Positions 1 to 22,478 of a stretch of 64,000 bases of DNA are shown here, piece after piece. Numbering within the stretch: position 1 is the first letter of the stretch; every line of letters starts with the position of its first letter. The stretch is from Amoebidium appalachense (lineage: Eukaryota; Protista; Ichthyosporea): the NCBI GenBank assembly GCA_963693365.1, contig CAVNZM010000008.1, positions 4,674,310-4,738,309 on the forward strand, written 5' to 3'. A program made the position numbers and the translations under genes. The notes under the pieces are model-generated. The model was not told the origin of the DNA, did no database searches, and saw nothing but the letters and a program-made list of their open reading frames with translations.

Positions 1-451
1 GCACACGTGGCCGACAAATATAAGTATATAAACGTATGAAATAAAAAAAAAAATAAAAACAAGAAAGTGCTGGTGCAATTCTGGGCTTTCACAATTCTGG
101 GCTTTCACAGCGCAGAATCCTAAGGGGGTGATCACGGGCTCACAATAGAACGAGTACATGCAGACATACACCGGAGGCCCCTGCCTTTCCGTCAAAAAAG
201 AAAAGGCGGGGGGAGGGGGGGAAGGAGGGAGGGGGGCAGTGTCGGGAGAGGTGATGACTGTGATACCAAGTTGAAAATGAGGGGGGGGGGGGGGGGGGGG
301 AAGGTGGGGTCGGAATGCGGAACACCGTGTGGGAAGGGGGGATAAAAAGTCTCGGAAACGAGGAAGGGGGAGATAGGGAAATGCAGAAAAGGGTAGAGAA
401 GGAGAAGAAGGGTTCGGGCAGGCATACACGGGCAGGGGAGGGGGGGATTAC

Positions 452-780
452 CCTGCTTCACGGTTTCGACCTTGTTCCTCAGATCCTCAACCAATGCCTG
501 CATGCGCGAGTAGTTGTGCTGCACCCACCCATATATGGTTAGAATCGGTGCCACCCCAATGGCTTGTTTACCCAGTATGGTTATTGGCTCATTTAGTAAA
601 CCCATTTATGATTAGAATAAGTGCAAACTCATTGGCTATGGGAGGCATTGTGGCTAAAAAACGGCAATACGAAAAGCCATGCATACATCGATGCATTGGT
701 GGGCTCTTCGACCGAGGAAATGGTGCCGATATAGAAGAGGTAGGGTTCAATTGTAGTGTTTGGGCATGTGTTCATGTTTT

Positions 781-836
<56 letters not shown>

Positions 837-1285
837 TGTCTCTGTGCGCGCGCGCGTGTGTGGTGGTGGTGGGGTGTATGTGTGGGGTGGCTGAGTGTCA
901 TACACAGTACAAGGTCCCCCCCTCCCCCCCCCCCCAACCACATGACAACTCGTAATGCCCATTGGCAATCACACACACCAAAAAATGTGCATCATCAATA
1001 CAGCCCGTCATCTGGTGAAGTAGGTGAACGTGAAGGGTGGGTGGGTGGGTGGGTTGGGGGGGGGGGGGGGGGGGGGAGGGGGTGGCAGTCATTCACCAGC
1101 GGGAGGCAGAAGGCAAAGGAGGAGGGGGGGGGGGGGGGGGGGGGGGGGGAGGGGGGGGATGAAGAAAAGGGAGGAAGCTGGGGTGTGCACTTTTCATCAA
1201 AATACGGAGGTTGAGTCTAAATTTTAATGTGCCGTAGAGTACGAAGTACACAAGCACAACGGACAACACCTAGAAGGGGGGGGGT

Positions 1286-1317
<32 letters not shown>

Positions 1318-1882
1318 GGAATTGAGGTAGCCAATTATACCTTGTAGTCGTCGCTGCTATGGTCTACGCTGCTGGCAATGATACTGGCACGATCCTCAAC
1401 ACTGCAGAGGGAGGGGGGGGGGGGGGAGGAGGTGGAGGGGGAGGAGGGGGAGGAGGGGAAAAGGGGGGGGGGGGGGGGGAGGGGGGGCAGGTTTGTAAAG
1501 GGTATGGTAGGAAGGATTAAGAGATGGGACGTTTGGGCTTGCGGGGTTGGGAGGGGGGGGAGGGGGGATGTGCAACCAGGGGTATGAGAAGAGGGGGTGT
1601 TAAATGACAAAGAGGTGAGCAGTGGAGATGCAGTGCAAAGGAAGGGACGTGTGGGGAGGGAGAGGGGAAATCTGTGTCTGTGTTTTGTGTATGTTTCGTT
1701 TGGAAGGCGGCGGCGAAGGGGGGGGGGGGAGGGGGAGGGTAAGCAGGAACGCGGAGATTGAGCAGTTTTTTGTTGAAGGATTTAGATACACGACATTTCG
1801 GAGTCCAAACGGAACACAGGGGGAGATACAGCGTTGAACACTGAAAACAAAGCACACAGGGAGTAGGCAACAAACGGGGTGA

Positions 1883-1919
<37 letters not shown>

Positions 1920-2463
1920 GGGGGGGGGGGGGGGGGAGGGTAGTTAGGGGGGGGGGGGGGGGAGGTGGGGAGGGGAAGGTAGGGTAGATGCAGGGCAAGA
2001 GAGGGGCCAATGCAGATGTATGCCTAGTAAGAGACCTCTGATAGCACAGCCGGAACACGAAACCAAGCTGGCCGAAGGTGGTAGTCGGGAAACGATACTG
2101 CATAAGGAGGCACATATATAATGAAAATAAAGAGGAATGGAAGAACATCGGGCTGGGGGGGCGCGGGGGGGGGGGGGGGGGGGAGGGGGGTTGGGGGGAG
2201 GGCGGGGGGAGGGAGGGGGGGGAGGGAGGGATCCATAAAATGGAACCAGACCTTCTGAAAGAGGGGGGGGGGGGTGATAGAGCGGGCGAGGGAGGGGAGT
2301 GGGATCCATATAACAGAACCAAGGCATTCCAAGAAGAGGGGGGAGGGGGAGGGGGGGGGGGGGGGAGGGGGAGGGGGGCTATGCCTGTGGAGGTAACGGC
2401 GGAGTGCAGGGACGACCATGCCTGTCTGCTTCCTGGCAACGGCCCCAAGGGCAGCCGCCGCAT
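452..2463 (-). CDS. MCCC2: Methylcrotonoyl-CoA carboxylase beta chain, 5' exons (gene continues off the left end of the window)
   Basis: Exons 1401-1341 (VEDRASIIASSVDHSSDDYK) and 518-452 (HNYSRMQALVEDLRNKVETVKQG) have AG/GT boundaries and join in phase. They match the MCCC2 N-terminal segment (human ...[27 protein letters not shown]). A candidate transit-peptide exon starts at ATG 2463 (MRRLPLGPLPGSRQAWSSLHSAVTST). Exons between 2400 and 1400 are unresolved. Confidence 0.72.
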
Positions 2464-4112
2464 GGCGCAGGCTAAGAGAGGACTGGATAGAGAGCATGAT
2501 TGCGGTGACCCTGTGAGGGTGTGTGCCTGTGTATTTGTGAGTGTGTGTAGGTGTGCACACACGTGTGTGTGTGGGTGTGTGCTCGCAATTTTCGTGTGTT
2601 TGCAGTCCGCGTTGTGTTTTGGCATGTAGGTGTGTGTATGGATGTGTTCACGTGGGTATGTGGGGTCGTGAGGAGAAGGCCTCCTTTTCCTTCTTTGAAG
2701 GGAATGGGGGGATGGGGGGAAAAGGGGGGGGGGGCCTCTTTCTGCTGAGGTGATCCAACACCATAAGGCAGCAGGAAAGGAGGAAGGGGCGAAAGAGTAA
2801 GGTCAAGGCAAGGGAAAAGAAGGGAAGGGAGGGGGAGGAGAGGGGGGGGTAGGGGGAGTATGGCTACCTTCGTGAGTATGCGTGTGAAATAGCAGGCGCC
2901 AAAAAGTGTGGGTTGAGTAGATGGAAGTCACCATTAAAGCAAGTCTAAAGTTTGGATAGGCGACAGAAATTGGGGGAGGAGGAAAAAGGAAACTGAAAAA
3001 AGGAAACTTCCTTCACTATATGCCGTCGGATACCATAACAGTCGTCTCTGCCGAGCAAAAAAAATCACCACAGTTTGGTCTAGTTTCAAGCTGTGATGAG
3101 CACATAAACACGTTGAAGTTCCCAGACCCACACAAGAACACAGGCAAACACAGGTAGCAAAAACCAAGTTTCAATATAGACGCAAAGAAGCGGCACTTGG
3201 TCCGAGCCAGTTAACACTTAAATGGCACACATAGCCAGAAGAGCATCAATTGTCCAAAGGCAGCCGAACAGACCCCCTGCAACCAACCCATCCACAATGC
3301 ACCTCCTCCCTCTCTCGCGTATAGTGCCATTAGGCGCCTGGTGTGTCTCGACCAGAATCTCGTACGATGAATAAACTCGCAAGCTATGTCTCACCTTCAT
3401 GGGCAGCTTATGTGTTGTTACTACCAACTCTATATAGCTTGACGAAAAATGACAGACCCTTGCAGCGAATACAGAAGATATAACGGACTCCGTGAGTGTG
3501 CGAGTGCCGTTTATGTGTGTGCGTGTGCGTGTGTGTGTTCAGTGTCACGAAGGTCTAAAAAAAATAAACGATCTTCATTTTCCCGGCGGCCTGCGCAATG
3601 CAGGCGACTGGGTGGCTCATGCGGGATAACGAAAACCGGAAATTGTGAAACATGAAAAAGACCCGGCGGGGCTGCAAACGAGAGTTTCGAATTTGCACCC
3701 TTGCTCAGGGCTGAATTTGCACATATAGCATTAATCAACCATAAAAACCACCAAGCTATATATTATAATGGAAATAGAACTATTTCCATGTACGTTGACA
3801 ACTATTCTTACAAACCCATTATCAGACTGTGTATGGAGAGGCTAGCACCAAATGCTTTGAGCCCCATGTTTTGAAATTGTCATAATAAACGGCCTATTCT
3901 AAATTTCCCCGTATTTCCCATACCGACGCCCCTCTCGTATTTGATTGGCCGATAGCAAACCGTGCCGCCGCGATTTTTTCGTCTACGATTTGATTGGTGG
4001 GCTCGTCACCAACCCGCTAGGCACTGGTCGGTCGACACATGCGTGGGTGTTCGTTGTCCAGGAAGAGACTCGAGAGAGCACTCGAGAGAGCAAGAGACTC
4101 GAGAGAGCCTGA

Positions 4113-4114
<2 letters not shown>

Positions 4115-4208
<94 letters not shown>
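4115..4208. repeat. (GA)n microsatellite
   Basis: Perfect dinucleotide run seen directly. Confidence 0.95.
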
Positions 4209-4210
<2 letters not shown>

Positions 4211-4683
4211 CTGGGGGGAAGGGGGGGGGGGGGGGGGGGGGGGATATTCATATAGTATGTATGTGTGTGTGCGTACCGTGCGTTGAGCCCACAAACAGTG
4301 CGTGTGCGCGTGCATGCATGCTGTTTATTGCTAATCCTGGTGGCCCAGAAAAAAAATTGGAACTCAAGGCATATTTTTGCATGTCAACCTTGCCCAGGGG
4401 CCATGCTAGTCCTCTCTGCTTCGTCCCAATTTTAGTTGATGAGTGAATACAACGCAGGTCACTAAAACCTTCACAATTTTACGTTTTCCACCAAAGCACG
4501 AATTTGGATGCGCACAAACGAGAAGAAGTGCTTGCTCTGTTTGGTGGTCCTATATGTTCAGACTCGGCAAAAGAATTGTCGGCTGCGATGTGCCACCTAG
4601 CGTCTTCTAAAATATGGCCCTAAGCCCACGGAAAGCAGGCTCTTCTATGCCTTCTGATGTTGTTTTCTCGCGAATCACCCCCA

Positions 4684-4715
<32 letters not shown>

Positions 4716-5339
4716 CCCCCTTCCCCAAACCCCCCCGCGATTGCCGCCCCCCCCCCTCCCCCCCCCCCCCTCCCTCTCCCTCTCTCTCTGCGCCTTGCCC
4801 CGCCCCCAACCCCCTTCTTCCCTATAATGATTGAGTGGGTGGGTGGGTGGGTGCCACTGGGTGGGGTGGTGGGGGGGGGAAAGGAGGGTGGTGGAAGGGA
4901 GGGGATTCGATTATTGCGGGCGCAGTGCGGAGCGCTAACTCACCTGAGTCCCCCCCCCCCCCCCCCCCCCTCCCCTTCTCCCGGGAGGTAACTGGGTCGA
5001 AACCGACCCGGATGACATTTTACCCCCTCCCCCTCCGATCCCCCTCCCCCCAACCCCTGGCTTAGATAATGTGGATGGGCTCTGCTTCTTTTGCATTACT
5101 CTTTGTGCAGGTTGGCACCCTCATATACGTCGTCCGTTAAGAACGTGTTCTTCGTATTCTTACCCCCCCACTCCCCCCCCCCCCCCCCCCCCCCCCCCCC
5201 TTTCCCCCCCTTTCTCCCTTCCTCTCGAGATCTCTCTTTCTCTCCCCCCTCCATCTCCCCTCCTTTGGAATTGGTTCTGTGGGGGGATTGGCGGGACGGG
5301 GGGACGGGGGGGGGGGAGGGGGGGAGGGGGAGAAGGGGT

Positions 5340-5477
5340 TAGAATACGTTTCAAAGTACGAAGTAATACACACGGTGAGAGAGGGGGGAGGCCGGGTGGG
5401 AGCTCGAGGAAGGGAGGGGAGCCTCAAGGGAGGAATGAGAGGCCCGAAGGGGGGAGTTTTTTTTTTTATTTTTTTTT

Positions 5478-5508
<31 letters not shown>

Positions 5509-6150
5509 GGGGGGTTGGTTGGTGGGGAAGGGGGGTTGTTTCACTTATTTGTAGGTGTTTTATTATGAATGGCCCACAACGCGTTTCTAATAGGGCAGCT
5601 TAAGGTCCAAGGCACTTCATTGCAAATACAAGAAGACAGCGGCTAGCGTCAACTAGCACACCTCAAAACTTAAATCTTTTGTCAAGACACATGCTCAGGA
5701 TGCTCATACAGGCCATAAACATACAAAAACGTGGGGGGGCCCGCGGGGGGGGGGGGGGGGGGGGGGGGAGGGGGGGGGGGGGGGTTAGGTTCCAGAGTAA
5801 TAGTAATACACAGTGAGAGGGGGAGGTGGTGGGAGCTCGAGGAAGGGGGGGGGGGGGGGGGGGGGGAGGGGGGAGTCTCAGGGGGGGAAGGAGAGGCCCG
5901 AAGGGGGGAGGTTCCTTTTTTCTTTTTTTTTTTGGTGGGGAGGCCGAGGGGTTGATTCACTCATATGTAGGTGTTTTATTTTGAATGGCCCACAACACAT
6001 TTCTAATAGGGCAGGAAGGCCCAAGGCGCTACATTGAAATGTATACAAGAAGACAGCAGCTAGCGTCAACTAGCACACCTCAAAACCTTAAATCGTTTGT
6101 CAACACGCATGCGTAGAGCGCTAATACAGGCCTTAAACATACCAGAACAA
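5340..6150. repeat. Diverged tandem duplication, two copies of about 400 bp (~5340-5730 and ~5785-6150)
   Basis: Both copies share gggagctcgaggaaggg, gagaggcccgaagggggg, tgtaggtgttttatt.tgaatggcccacaac and gctagcgtcaactagcacacctcaaaac in the same order. Confidence 0.9.
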
Positions 6151-6629
6151 AAACGATCCATTCATTCTTTTATAAAAACCGCAAAGCACCAGCATGCATA
6201 TGAACGATCAACTCAGAGGACTGCGATATTGCCGGAATTCGAAATGTGTCATCTCAAAATTAATATGGGTGGAAGTCCTCATGTTTACAAGAATTTCCAA
6301 TACAAAACAACCCCAATATTCTAGAGATGGTGGTAGTCAAGTAATACTTCTGTGGCCAACAATTTTTTCGTATGTGTGTGTCTGTCTGTGTAAGGGTGCG
6401 TGTTACCACAATGAGCATGTCACTACTGCGCTGACTGACTCAAGATGATGTTTCTGTCAGTTTGTTCACTAAACTATAACGGTGCTTGTCAAATTTGGTT
6501 GGACTGAGTGCGCACATCATAACTTATGTGGGTGTAAACTATGTGTGCGGCAGAGAGCTGTGCCATCTGCAGTGCCTGCGGGTAGCAACTGGGACGAAGA
6601 CATAACTGAAATTGGATTTTCAGCACTGC

Positions 6630-9092
<2,463 letters not shown>

Positions 9093-9308
9093 GTTCGCTT
9101 TTCTCGTTTGAAATCCCCGTGCTTGGAAAAAAGGGTGTGCAATGGCGATTCCACCGGAAGACTCGAAGCTTGGTTGGAATAGAACACTCGACTCCGCAGG
9201 GGTTCAGGCGTGCCCTGCGAGTGTGAAACCCAATTAGGCGTGCGATGCATAACAAAAACCAGTGCGGGCGGGAGATTTACCTCCTATAGCGGATCCAGAT
9301 AAACAGCA

Positions 9309-9347
<39 letters not shown>

Positions 9348-9444
9348 CTGGCAGGCAGGCAGGCAGGCAGGCAGGGAGGGAGGAAGAGGCAGCAGGTATC
9401 AAAACAACCTTCGACTATCCACCAGCCCAGAAGACCATTCATAG

Positions 9445-9484
<40 letters not shown>

Positions 9485-10708
9485 CGATTCTCAGCCCCCC
9501 ATCATGTGCACCACCCTTTTTACACCCCCGTCTATACCCTTCCTTCTCTAACCTCGCCTCCGCCCCCATTTTCCCTCTACCACCATCTCCTTCTGCCCCC
9601 CGCTTATCCCCCGCCCTCCAGTAAACAACCCCCCCCCCCCCCCCCCCCCTCTTTCTACCTCCCAAATACACACACACAAACACCAAGAACCCAACTTTCT
9701 CCCTCTCAACCTCTCAAACCACCCTCCCTCCCCCCTCCCCCCTTCGCCCCCTCCTCCCCCCCCCCCCCCCCTCCCCCCCCCCCCCCCCCAAAAAAAAATA
9801 AATAAATAATAAATAAAAAATAAATAAAAAAAACAGTTGCCACCACGCTTGTTTCATCACTTCCACGTCTCCACCATTTATCTCCGACTAACGCTTCCGC
9901 CGCTTGAGCGTGAGGAGATGAGGTCCCAGCATGTGTACCGATAAGACCAAAATACATGCTTGAATAAATACGAATAAAAATTACACGAATGGAGTCATTG
10001 AATGGTTGGATTGAAATGTCCTTCCATGTGCAACGATGAGTGAGGAAAGATTCTTCACCAGAGTAACCGTTTTTTTGCTATTAATATGCTTGGCCGAGAA
10101 AAAAGATTGAATAAACGCTAACATGTGGCTGTTGTTATACCGTATGAGGAAGGCTCCATAAATGCTGCTTCGAAACCATAGCCTCGCGACCGGAGCCGAC
10201 TCAGCCGAGCCAGAAATCTTTCTTTCAGTGTAACGTGTTGTATCTTTTCAGGCTGCACTGCGCGGATCATCAGTGGCTTTCAGGTGGACTCGAGCTCTTG
10301 CAGCAGAGTCTTGCTTCTGTCGACGGTAAATTGCACCGCCTCAAACATTTTATGTCAAACACCAATGGAATTGTCAGGAACAAAACTTTTTAACCAATCA
10401 CTGTTTTGGCGCGCTTTTATTTGCGTTTTTGCTATTTATGGAAGGAGCGGCTCACTTTGACGCACAGCGCGTGTGACAAGGCCGAGGTGACCCTACCGGC
10501 CGCTGACACGCAGTCATTAGTTGTTGCGCTACAATAGCAAACTAGGCTACCGGTATACCGCTGTGTATACTGGCAGATGTGCACATATACAGAACTGCGA
10601 ACCTGCATCACCACACTGCTCTTAAGTAACCTGCAAAATTTCACCACTTTCACACCTCTCGTTACCCCCCGTTTTTCGGCTTAGCCAGGGGCCAATCGAT
10701 ACATCAAA

Positions 10709-16035
<5,327 letters not shown>

Positions 16036-16699
16036 TTGGTGGGTCTCAATCGATCGGCACGATCTCAGGATGTGATTGGTGGATTTCGATTAATCGGCAC
16101 GGATCGGAGAATTCCGGCTACCGGCACGGTGTGGTGATCATCCTGTGCACGTCGGGGTGCTACGTGTTTTAGATGGTTTCTTCCCGGTATCTTGATAATT
16201 TAAACCTAGCACGTGGTGTACTTGTACGTGGCTGCAAGAGTGGGTGTGCATATGTGCTGTGTGGCTATGTGGCTATGCGTGTGAATGTGTGTGTGTGTGT
16301 GTGAGTGAGAGAGAGGGAGAGAGAGTGTGTGTGTTTGTGTGTGTGTGTGTGTGCATGTGTGTGTGAGTGTGTGTGCGCGTGCTGCGCGTGCGTGTGTGTT
16401 TGTACGTCGTGTAGGTGTGTGTCTGTGTGCGTGCATGTGTGTAATGCATAATTGGGTGGCTTATAACGGCGTGACTTTCACATGACGTTAACATAAAAGT
16501 CGGCTAAAACGATTGTCTTTGCCTACACATGGTTTGGTTCTTTTTTTTTTTGTACGATATTTCCTGGATCTTGGAGAAATGCCATTATCCATGGTGCCGA
16601 TAAATTAGAGCTGGGGTTTTCCTGCCCTTCTTCTCATTTCTTTCGTTCTCTCTCTCTCTCACTCTCTCTCTCTCTTTTGTGTGTGTGTGTGGGGGGGGT

Positions 16700-16739
<40 letters not shown>

Positions 16740-17249
16740 AAAAAATCTACTTGTGGATGCATTTTGTGTTGTATTCTATGTCTGTTCGAACAAATAATTG
16801 TTTTTTTATATGGTATAAGGCATCTCAAAGGTTTCAATGCATGACATTTAACGATGACTTATTAGATTCAGTGTATGAAGAATCCAGTGGTGAAATATGA
16901 CCATTATGCATATGTTTTGTTATCAGTGCAGCACTTCTACCTTAATTAGGATAATCGAATCGAACCTGTAGACAGTGTCCACAGCAATAAATAGTGTGTA
17001 AACCTCTGGTGTATAATCGGTGGGCAAAACCCCCTTCTAGCCTTTAAGTGCTCCTACCTGACGCGTAGGGAACAAATCCTAACAACACAAATGTTTATGC
17101 TAGAGATGTAACATAAATAAAATTTATAAAATCTAACCAAAAAAAAAGCTTATCCGGCAGAAGCTGTGCAAACGGCATGTTTGGTCATGCTCCCCGGGCT
17201 AGCCCCCTCTCCCCCCCCCCCCCCCCCCCCCCCCAACACACACACACCC

Positions 17250-17285
<36 letters not shown>

Positions 17286-17297
17286 AACCGGACACAA

Positions 17298-17328
<31 letters not shown>

Positions 17329-17515
17329 CACACACGTTTCGAGCCAACATAACATAAAAACAACAACAACAGTAAAATAGAATCACAAAGTATACACTTT
17401 TTGGTATTTATTTTTCTGTGTCTAACTTCAGAGGCTGACCCAAACCAATAATTATCATTGAGGGTTGCAAAACGATAAAACAAAAGGAGTGTGGTGCACG
17501 ATGGTACGTGCTAGA

Positions 17516-17557
<42 letters not shown>

Positions 17558-17714
17558 GGGGGGTGAGTGCATGTCTCCGAAGGTGTGGTGGTGGTGGTGG
17601 TGTTGCTTTGTACACGTGTGTGTGGGGGGGGGAGGGGAGAGGGAGGGGGGGGGGGGAGGGGGGGGAGGTGGGAGGTGTGTGGGTGTGTGCGGGGGGCTGA
17701 GAGGGGGAGGGGGA

Positions 17715-17745
<31 letters not shown>

Positions 17746-18010
17746 AGGCGGGGGGGATAGGATTCATGCACTTGAGGATGGTAAACATTGATATCATGAT
17801 GATCAGTACACGGTATCAGACGCAAATCGGATATATCTCAGTAGATCCATTTGACCGGGGGGGACCAATTATCCACATGGCCAGGGAGAGGGGCGGGCGA
17901 AGGCGCACAGCAAAAAAAAATAACTAAAGCCTTATTCCCAGGCAGCGGGAAGGCTAGTCCAAAAAAATTACAGGAAGGTGAATTCAGAGTTTATTTGATA
18001 TTAATTTCGT

Positions 18011-18130
18011 TTAATGCAGTGTCCCGTGGCGTGCACAGGCCTCGCAGTTTTCCTTCCACAAGTACTCCTCCCCCTCGTACCATTCTTTCTTCCACACAGG
18101 CACTCTTTCCTTGACTGCGTCAATGGCATA

Positions 18131-18177
<47 letters not shown>

Positions 18178-18461
18178 TGTGTGTGTGTGTATGTGTGTGC
18201 GCGCACGTGCATGTGTGTTCACGCTTTCGTGTGTGCCCGCATGTATGCGTGAGCATGCGTGTAGATACGTGTTTGTGGGGCACCTATGTTAGCCATTCTC
18301 TGCATCCACGTGCTCTTAAGAATTGTGATGTCAAAGAGTGTAAGAATGCCCATTATGACGTGCTATGATTAATGGCTGTATGCAAATTGGCCCTCGAATA
18401 TGTGTGTGAATGTGGTTGAGCAAACAGGTGTTTCTTCATACACGTGCGTACCCATCAGGCA

Positions 18462-18493
<32 letters not shown>

Positions 18494-18886
18494 GTCCCCG
18501 GGGGAAGGGGGGTTGGGGGGGGGGGGGGGGGGGGGGGGAAGGGGGGCTGTGGTGGTGGTGTCAGGTGGCGGTGGTTGCAATCTGTATGTTAATGTGTGGA
18601 GGCGGAACCGGGGATAAGGGGGAAGGAAGAAGTGGATTCAGCTGGTCGTTCGGAACCCAAAGTCTAGTGACATAAAGAAACATTATCCATCTCACTCTTT
18701 GCATGTGTGTGGGCGTCGAGGTGGCCGGATAAATATCAGAAACCAACACAGAACCAACATGCCACAGACATATTGCAACACACAGAGAATTTTACGCATG
18801 CACACATTCAAGCTTCTATGCATGTTTCAAGGTGCATAAAAAGGTGCGAAGTGTGTGTGTGTGTGTGTGTGTGTTTTGTGCGCGCG

Positions 18887-18984
<98 letters not shown>

Positions 18985-19254
18985 CGCACGCGCGCGCGTG
19001 TGTTTGTGTGTGTGTGTTGGGGGGAAAGGAGGGGGAGGGGGGAATGGGGGGAAGGAAGGAGGGTTTTTTGGTCCTGTTCACTGTGGCGTGTGGCCGTGTG
19101 TGTGTGTGTGTGGGCATCCGAGGGAGGAGGGGGGGGGGGGGGGGGGGGGAGTCAATGCATTGGTGGTCCATACGTGAGTAAAATATAAGTAAATAAAGAC
19201 ACAGAAAAAGACAACGCCAAGGGGGGGTGGGGGTTGGGGTGGGGGTGGGGGTGT

Positions 19255-19307
<53 letters not shown>

Positions 19308-21338
19308 CTGGGCGGGGGGCGGGGGGGGGGGGGGGGGGGGGGGGGGAGGTCATTTACAGCCTGCAGGGAGTCAGTGCGGTGAGCCGATGAGACACATATC
19401 ACGATGCTGGCCCCCTGGATTGGTACCACACCAACACGGTGCACCATGCCGATGTAGATTAGCTGGAAATCGTGCGATTAGTATGCGATTTGCAATTTGA
19501 ATGGTGACATCAAGGTACACTCTATTGCTTGGTAGACACAGGCGTGGAGAGACGTGGATCGCCATTGTGGGCGCCAGAAGAAATACTGTATATAATGAGG
19601 AAGAAGATAATGAGGAAGAAATAATGAAGAAATAATGAGGAAGAAATAATGAGGAAGAAAGCCCACCACAACCACACTCTCGAAATCGATCGGCATTAAT
19701 GACACAATTACAGAGCGCTAATGTTAGGTTGAATCAAGAGTGAGGGAGAAATTTTTTAGTCCATCCCTCGCTCTTGTTCTTTATTTCTTCTTCCCGGCCT
19801 CCCCCACTTCAAAAGGGTGCGATGTGCCCCTTGAGCGGGGGGAGGGTGGTGGTGGTGGTGGTGGTCCGGGGGGGGGGGGGGGGGGGGGGGGGGAGGGGGG
19901 GGGGGACGGGGGAGGGGAGGGGAGGTGGGAAGGGAGGGGCGAGGGGAGGGGATGTTATCCAACAACCGGCTCGAGTTTTTGGTTCTTTTTTCTTTTGGAG
20001 CAAGAAAATAAGAGGATGAGAGACAAAGAGGGGGCTGGAAGAGCTGGGGCAAGAAAGATGGGAGGTGCATGCCCGGGGTGGAGGGGGGGGAGGGGGGAGG
20101 GGGGGGGGGGTTGTTCACACCTGCCATCGTGCTCTCATTTCTGCGCAGATGGCCAACATTTGTTTCTCAGCCATACCAGGATAGGCCTCATACTCTAGAC
20201 GAAGCACTCGTTTGCCTGTGTGTAGGTGTGTGTGTGTGTGTAAGTGTGTGTGCGTGCGTGTGTGTGTGTGTGTGTGTGTGAGTTTGAGTGTGAGTGTGTG
20301 TGCATGTGTGTGTGTTCACGCTCGTACACACGTGTACATGGGTGAGCGCACACGCGCACGTGTGTGGGAGAAGTGGGTTGGAAGGGGGGGAGGAAGGGGG
20401 GGGGGGGGGGGGGGGGGGGAGGGGAGGGAGGGTAAAAGGGTTGGAGGAAGGGGCAGTCAGGGAGGTAAGAGAGCACGGAGGGAGGGAGGGGGGGCAGCCA
20501 TGGTGGTAGAAGAGCACCGGGGGAGGGGGGAGGGGGGAGGAGGGGGCAGGGGGGGGGGGGGGAAGCGGGGAGGGGGGAGGATGGGAATATACCATGGGAA
20601 CACCTGTACACCATGTGAATGTGTTACTGTGTGCGTGAGGTGTGCAAGGCTTTGTGCGTGTGTCCACGTTTAGAGAGGGAACACGGGGGAAAGCTCGAGA
20701 CAGGGGGGGGGGGAGGGGGGGTACAGAATGGTGCACATTCACGATGGACAGCATACTGCAGATTTCAACAAAGAAGAGCACACATGACTATGCATCGTAA
20801 ATGGAGTCTATTCTCCCGAGAGCCCAAGTCCTCCCCAGTACCCAAGTCTCTAACTATTCAACTCGTACACGAAACCCAACTCACACACTGCTTCCCTAAA
20901 AAACATTTGGGTACCCGTATTGCTAAGAGACAAGCAGCGTTACCTATGCTGAGGTGCCCGGGGGGGGGGGGGGGGGGGGTGTTGAATGCGGAACACGGTA
21001 CGAAGTACGCATACACGACGAGAAGCATGGTGCAGGACACATGCAAAGGCAAACATTCAAGTATGCAACATCAGCCATGTGCACAGTATGCGTCATAAGC
21101 AGAGCCCATCCTCAGGGAGGACCCAAGTCATCAATTGCGTGTGAGTTTCGACCCCTTAGCCCGCGTATATACGACGCTCCAACTCAGACAGCAGCATCAA
21201 CTGAACTTGGGCAGGTCAACCCGTCTTGATCAAAGACGAGCAGGGTTGCTTATGGGGGGTGCACCATGCCAGGATATAGTGTATTGTGTGTGGGTGGGTG
21301 GGTGGGTGGTGGTGGGGGGGGACGGTGGAGGGGGGGGG

Positions 21339-21378
<40 letters not shown>

Positions 21379-21523
21379 TACTACCCGTACCCTCGAAGTT
21401 GTCTCGTGTGGTCCCCACAAAGGAAGAGATTGCACCAGCAGACGGTGACGACACCAAGGAATGAACATGGTCGATGCTGATTGGCTGGTCCGTGAGCCAC
21501 ACGTGATCTTGCTTGTGCTCCAT
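18011..21523 (-). CDS. MOCS2B: Molybdopterin synthase catalytic (large) subunit, MoaE/MOCS2B, 4 coding exons
   Basis: Exons 21523-21391 ([44 protein letters not shown]), 20215-20121 ([32 protein letters not shown]), 19462-19358 ([35 protein letters not shown]) and 18136-18011 ([41 protein letters not shown]). All phases are consistent. The MoaE motifs FxGTTR, LEYEAY, HRxG, SSAHR and PxWKKE are present. Confidence 0.95.
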
Positions 21524-22054
21524 TGGTCCACCTGCGTGCATGTGACTTTCGCGCGTGCATGACCTTTATCTATTCTCGTTCGCGTCTGCCTATCTAGTGC
21601 AAATTCCTCTTTTTTGTCTGCCTCTTGTGAAGAGCAGCCATGAATAGATGCAAGCATGCGCAGACATGTTGCTTGTTATTCCGCCAAATACTGTAAATTC
21701 ATCAATCCCGTGTTATTATGTATCATATTCGCACTATTCTGTCCGTATATTACCGTTCAGTTATATGCTTCTACTTTAAAAAAGGCAGAAAAGGTTTGGG
21801 TATTTCTATTACAGTTTCATGTTATTCCGTATCATTCTGCATTACTATGTTCCGTACTATTATGACACTTGTGTTCTTTATTATCATGTTTCCCATTACC
21901 CATTGTTCCTCAATTCTGGATTCCTTACAGCGCCTAGACGTGAGAACAACCCAAAAGGTTCATTCCGCCCTTTATGCCATCCTTGTACTTCTGTCGGTTC
22001 ACAGTGTTTCATGCCCCCCCCCCCCCCCCCCCCCCCACCACCACCACCAAACAC

Positions 22055-22104
<50 letters not shown>

Positions 22105-22235
22105 ACGCACAAAAAAAAACAAAAAAAAAACACACACCACAAAACACACAAAATGTGCAAACATATGCACACATGCATGCAGGCACGAGCGTGCACGTGC
22201 ACACATACAAACAGACACACACACACACACGCACG

Positions 22236-22344
<109 letters not shown>

Positions 22345-22478
22345 ACCCCCCCCCCCCCCCCCCCCCAATCCCCTCCTCCCCCTCCCCCCGGCACTTCTCC
22401 CAGCATACATTCATGGAAAAAGAACTGCTACAATTTTTTACCTCTAGTATCCAATGACAGGGTTCTGTTAAACAATTA

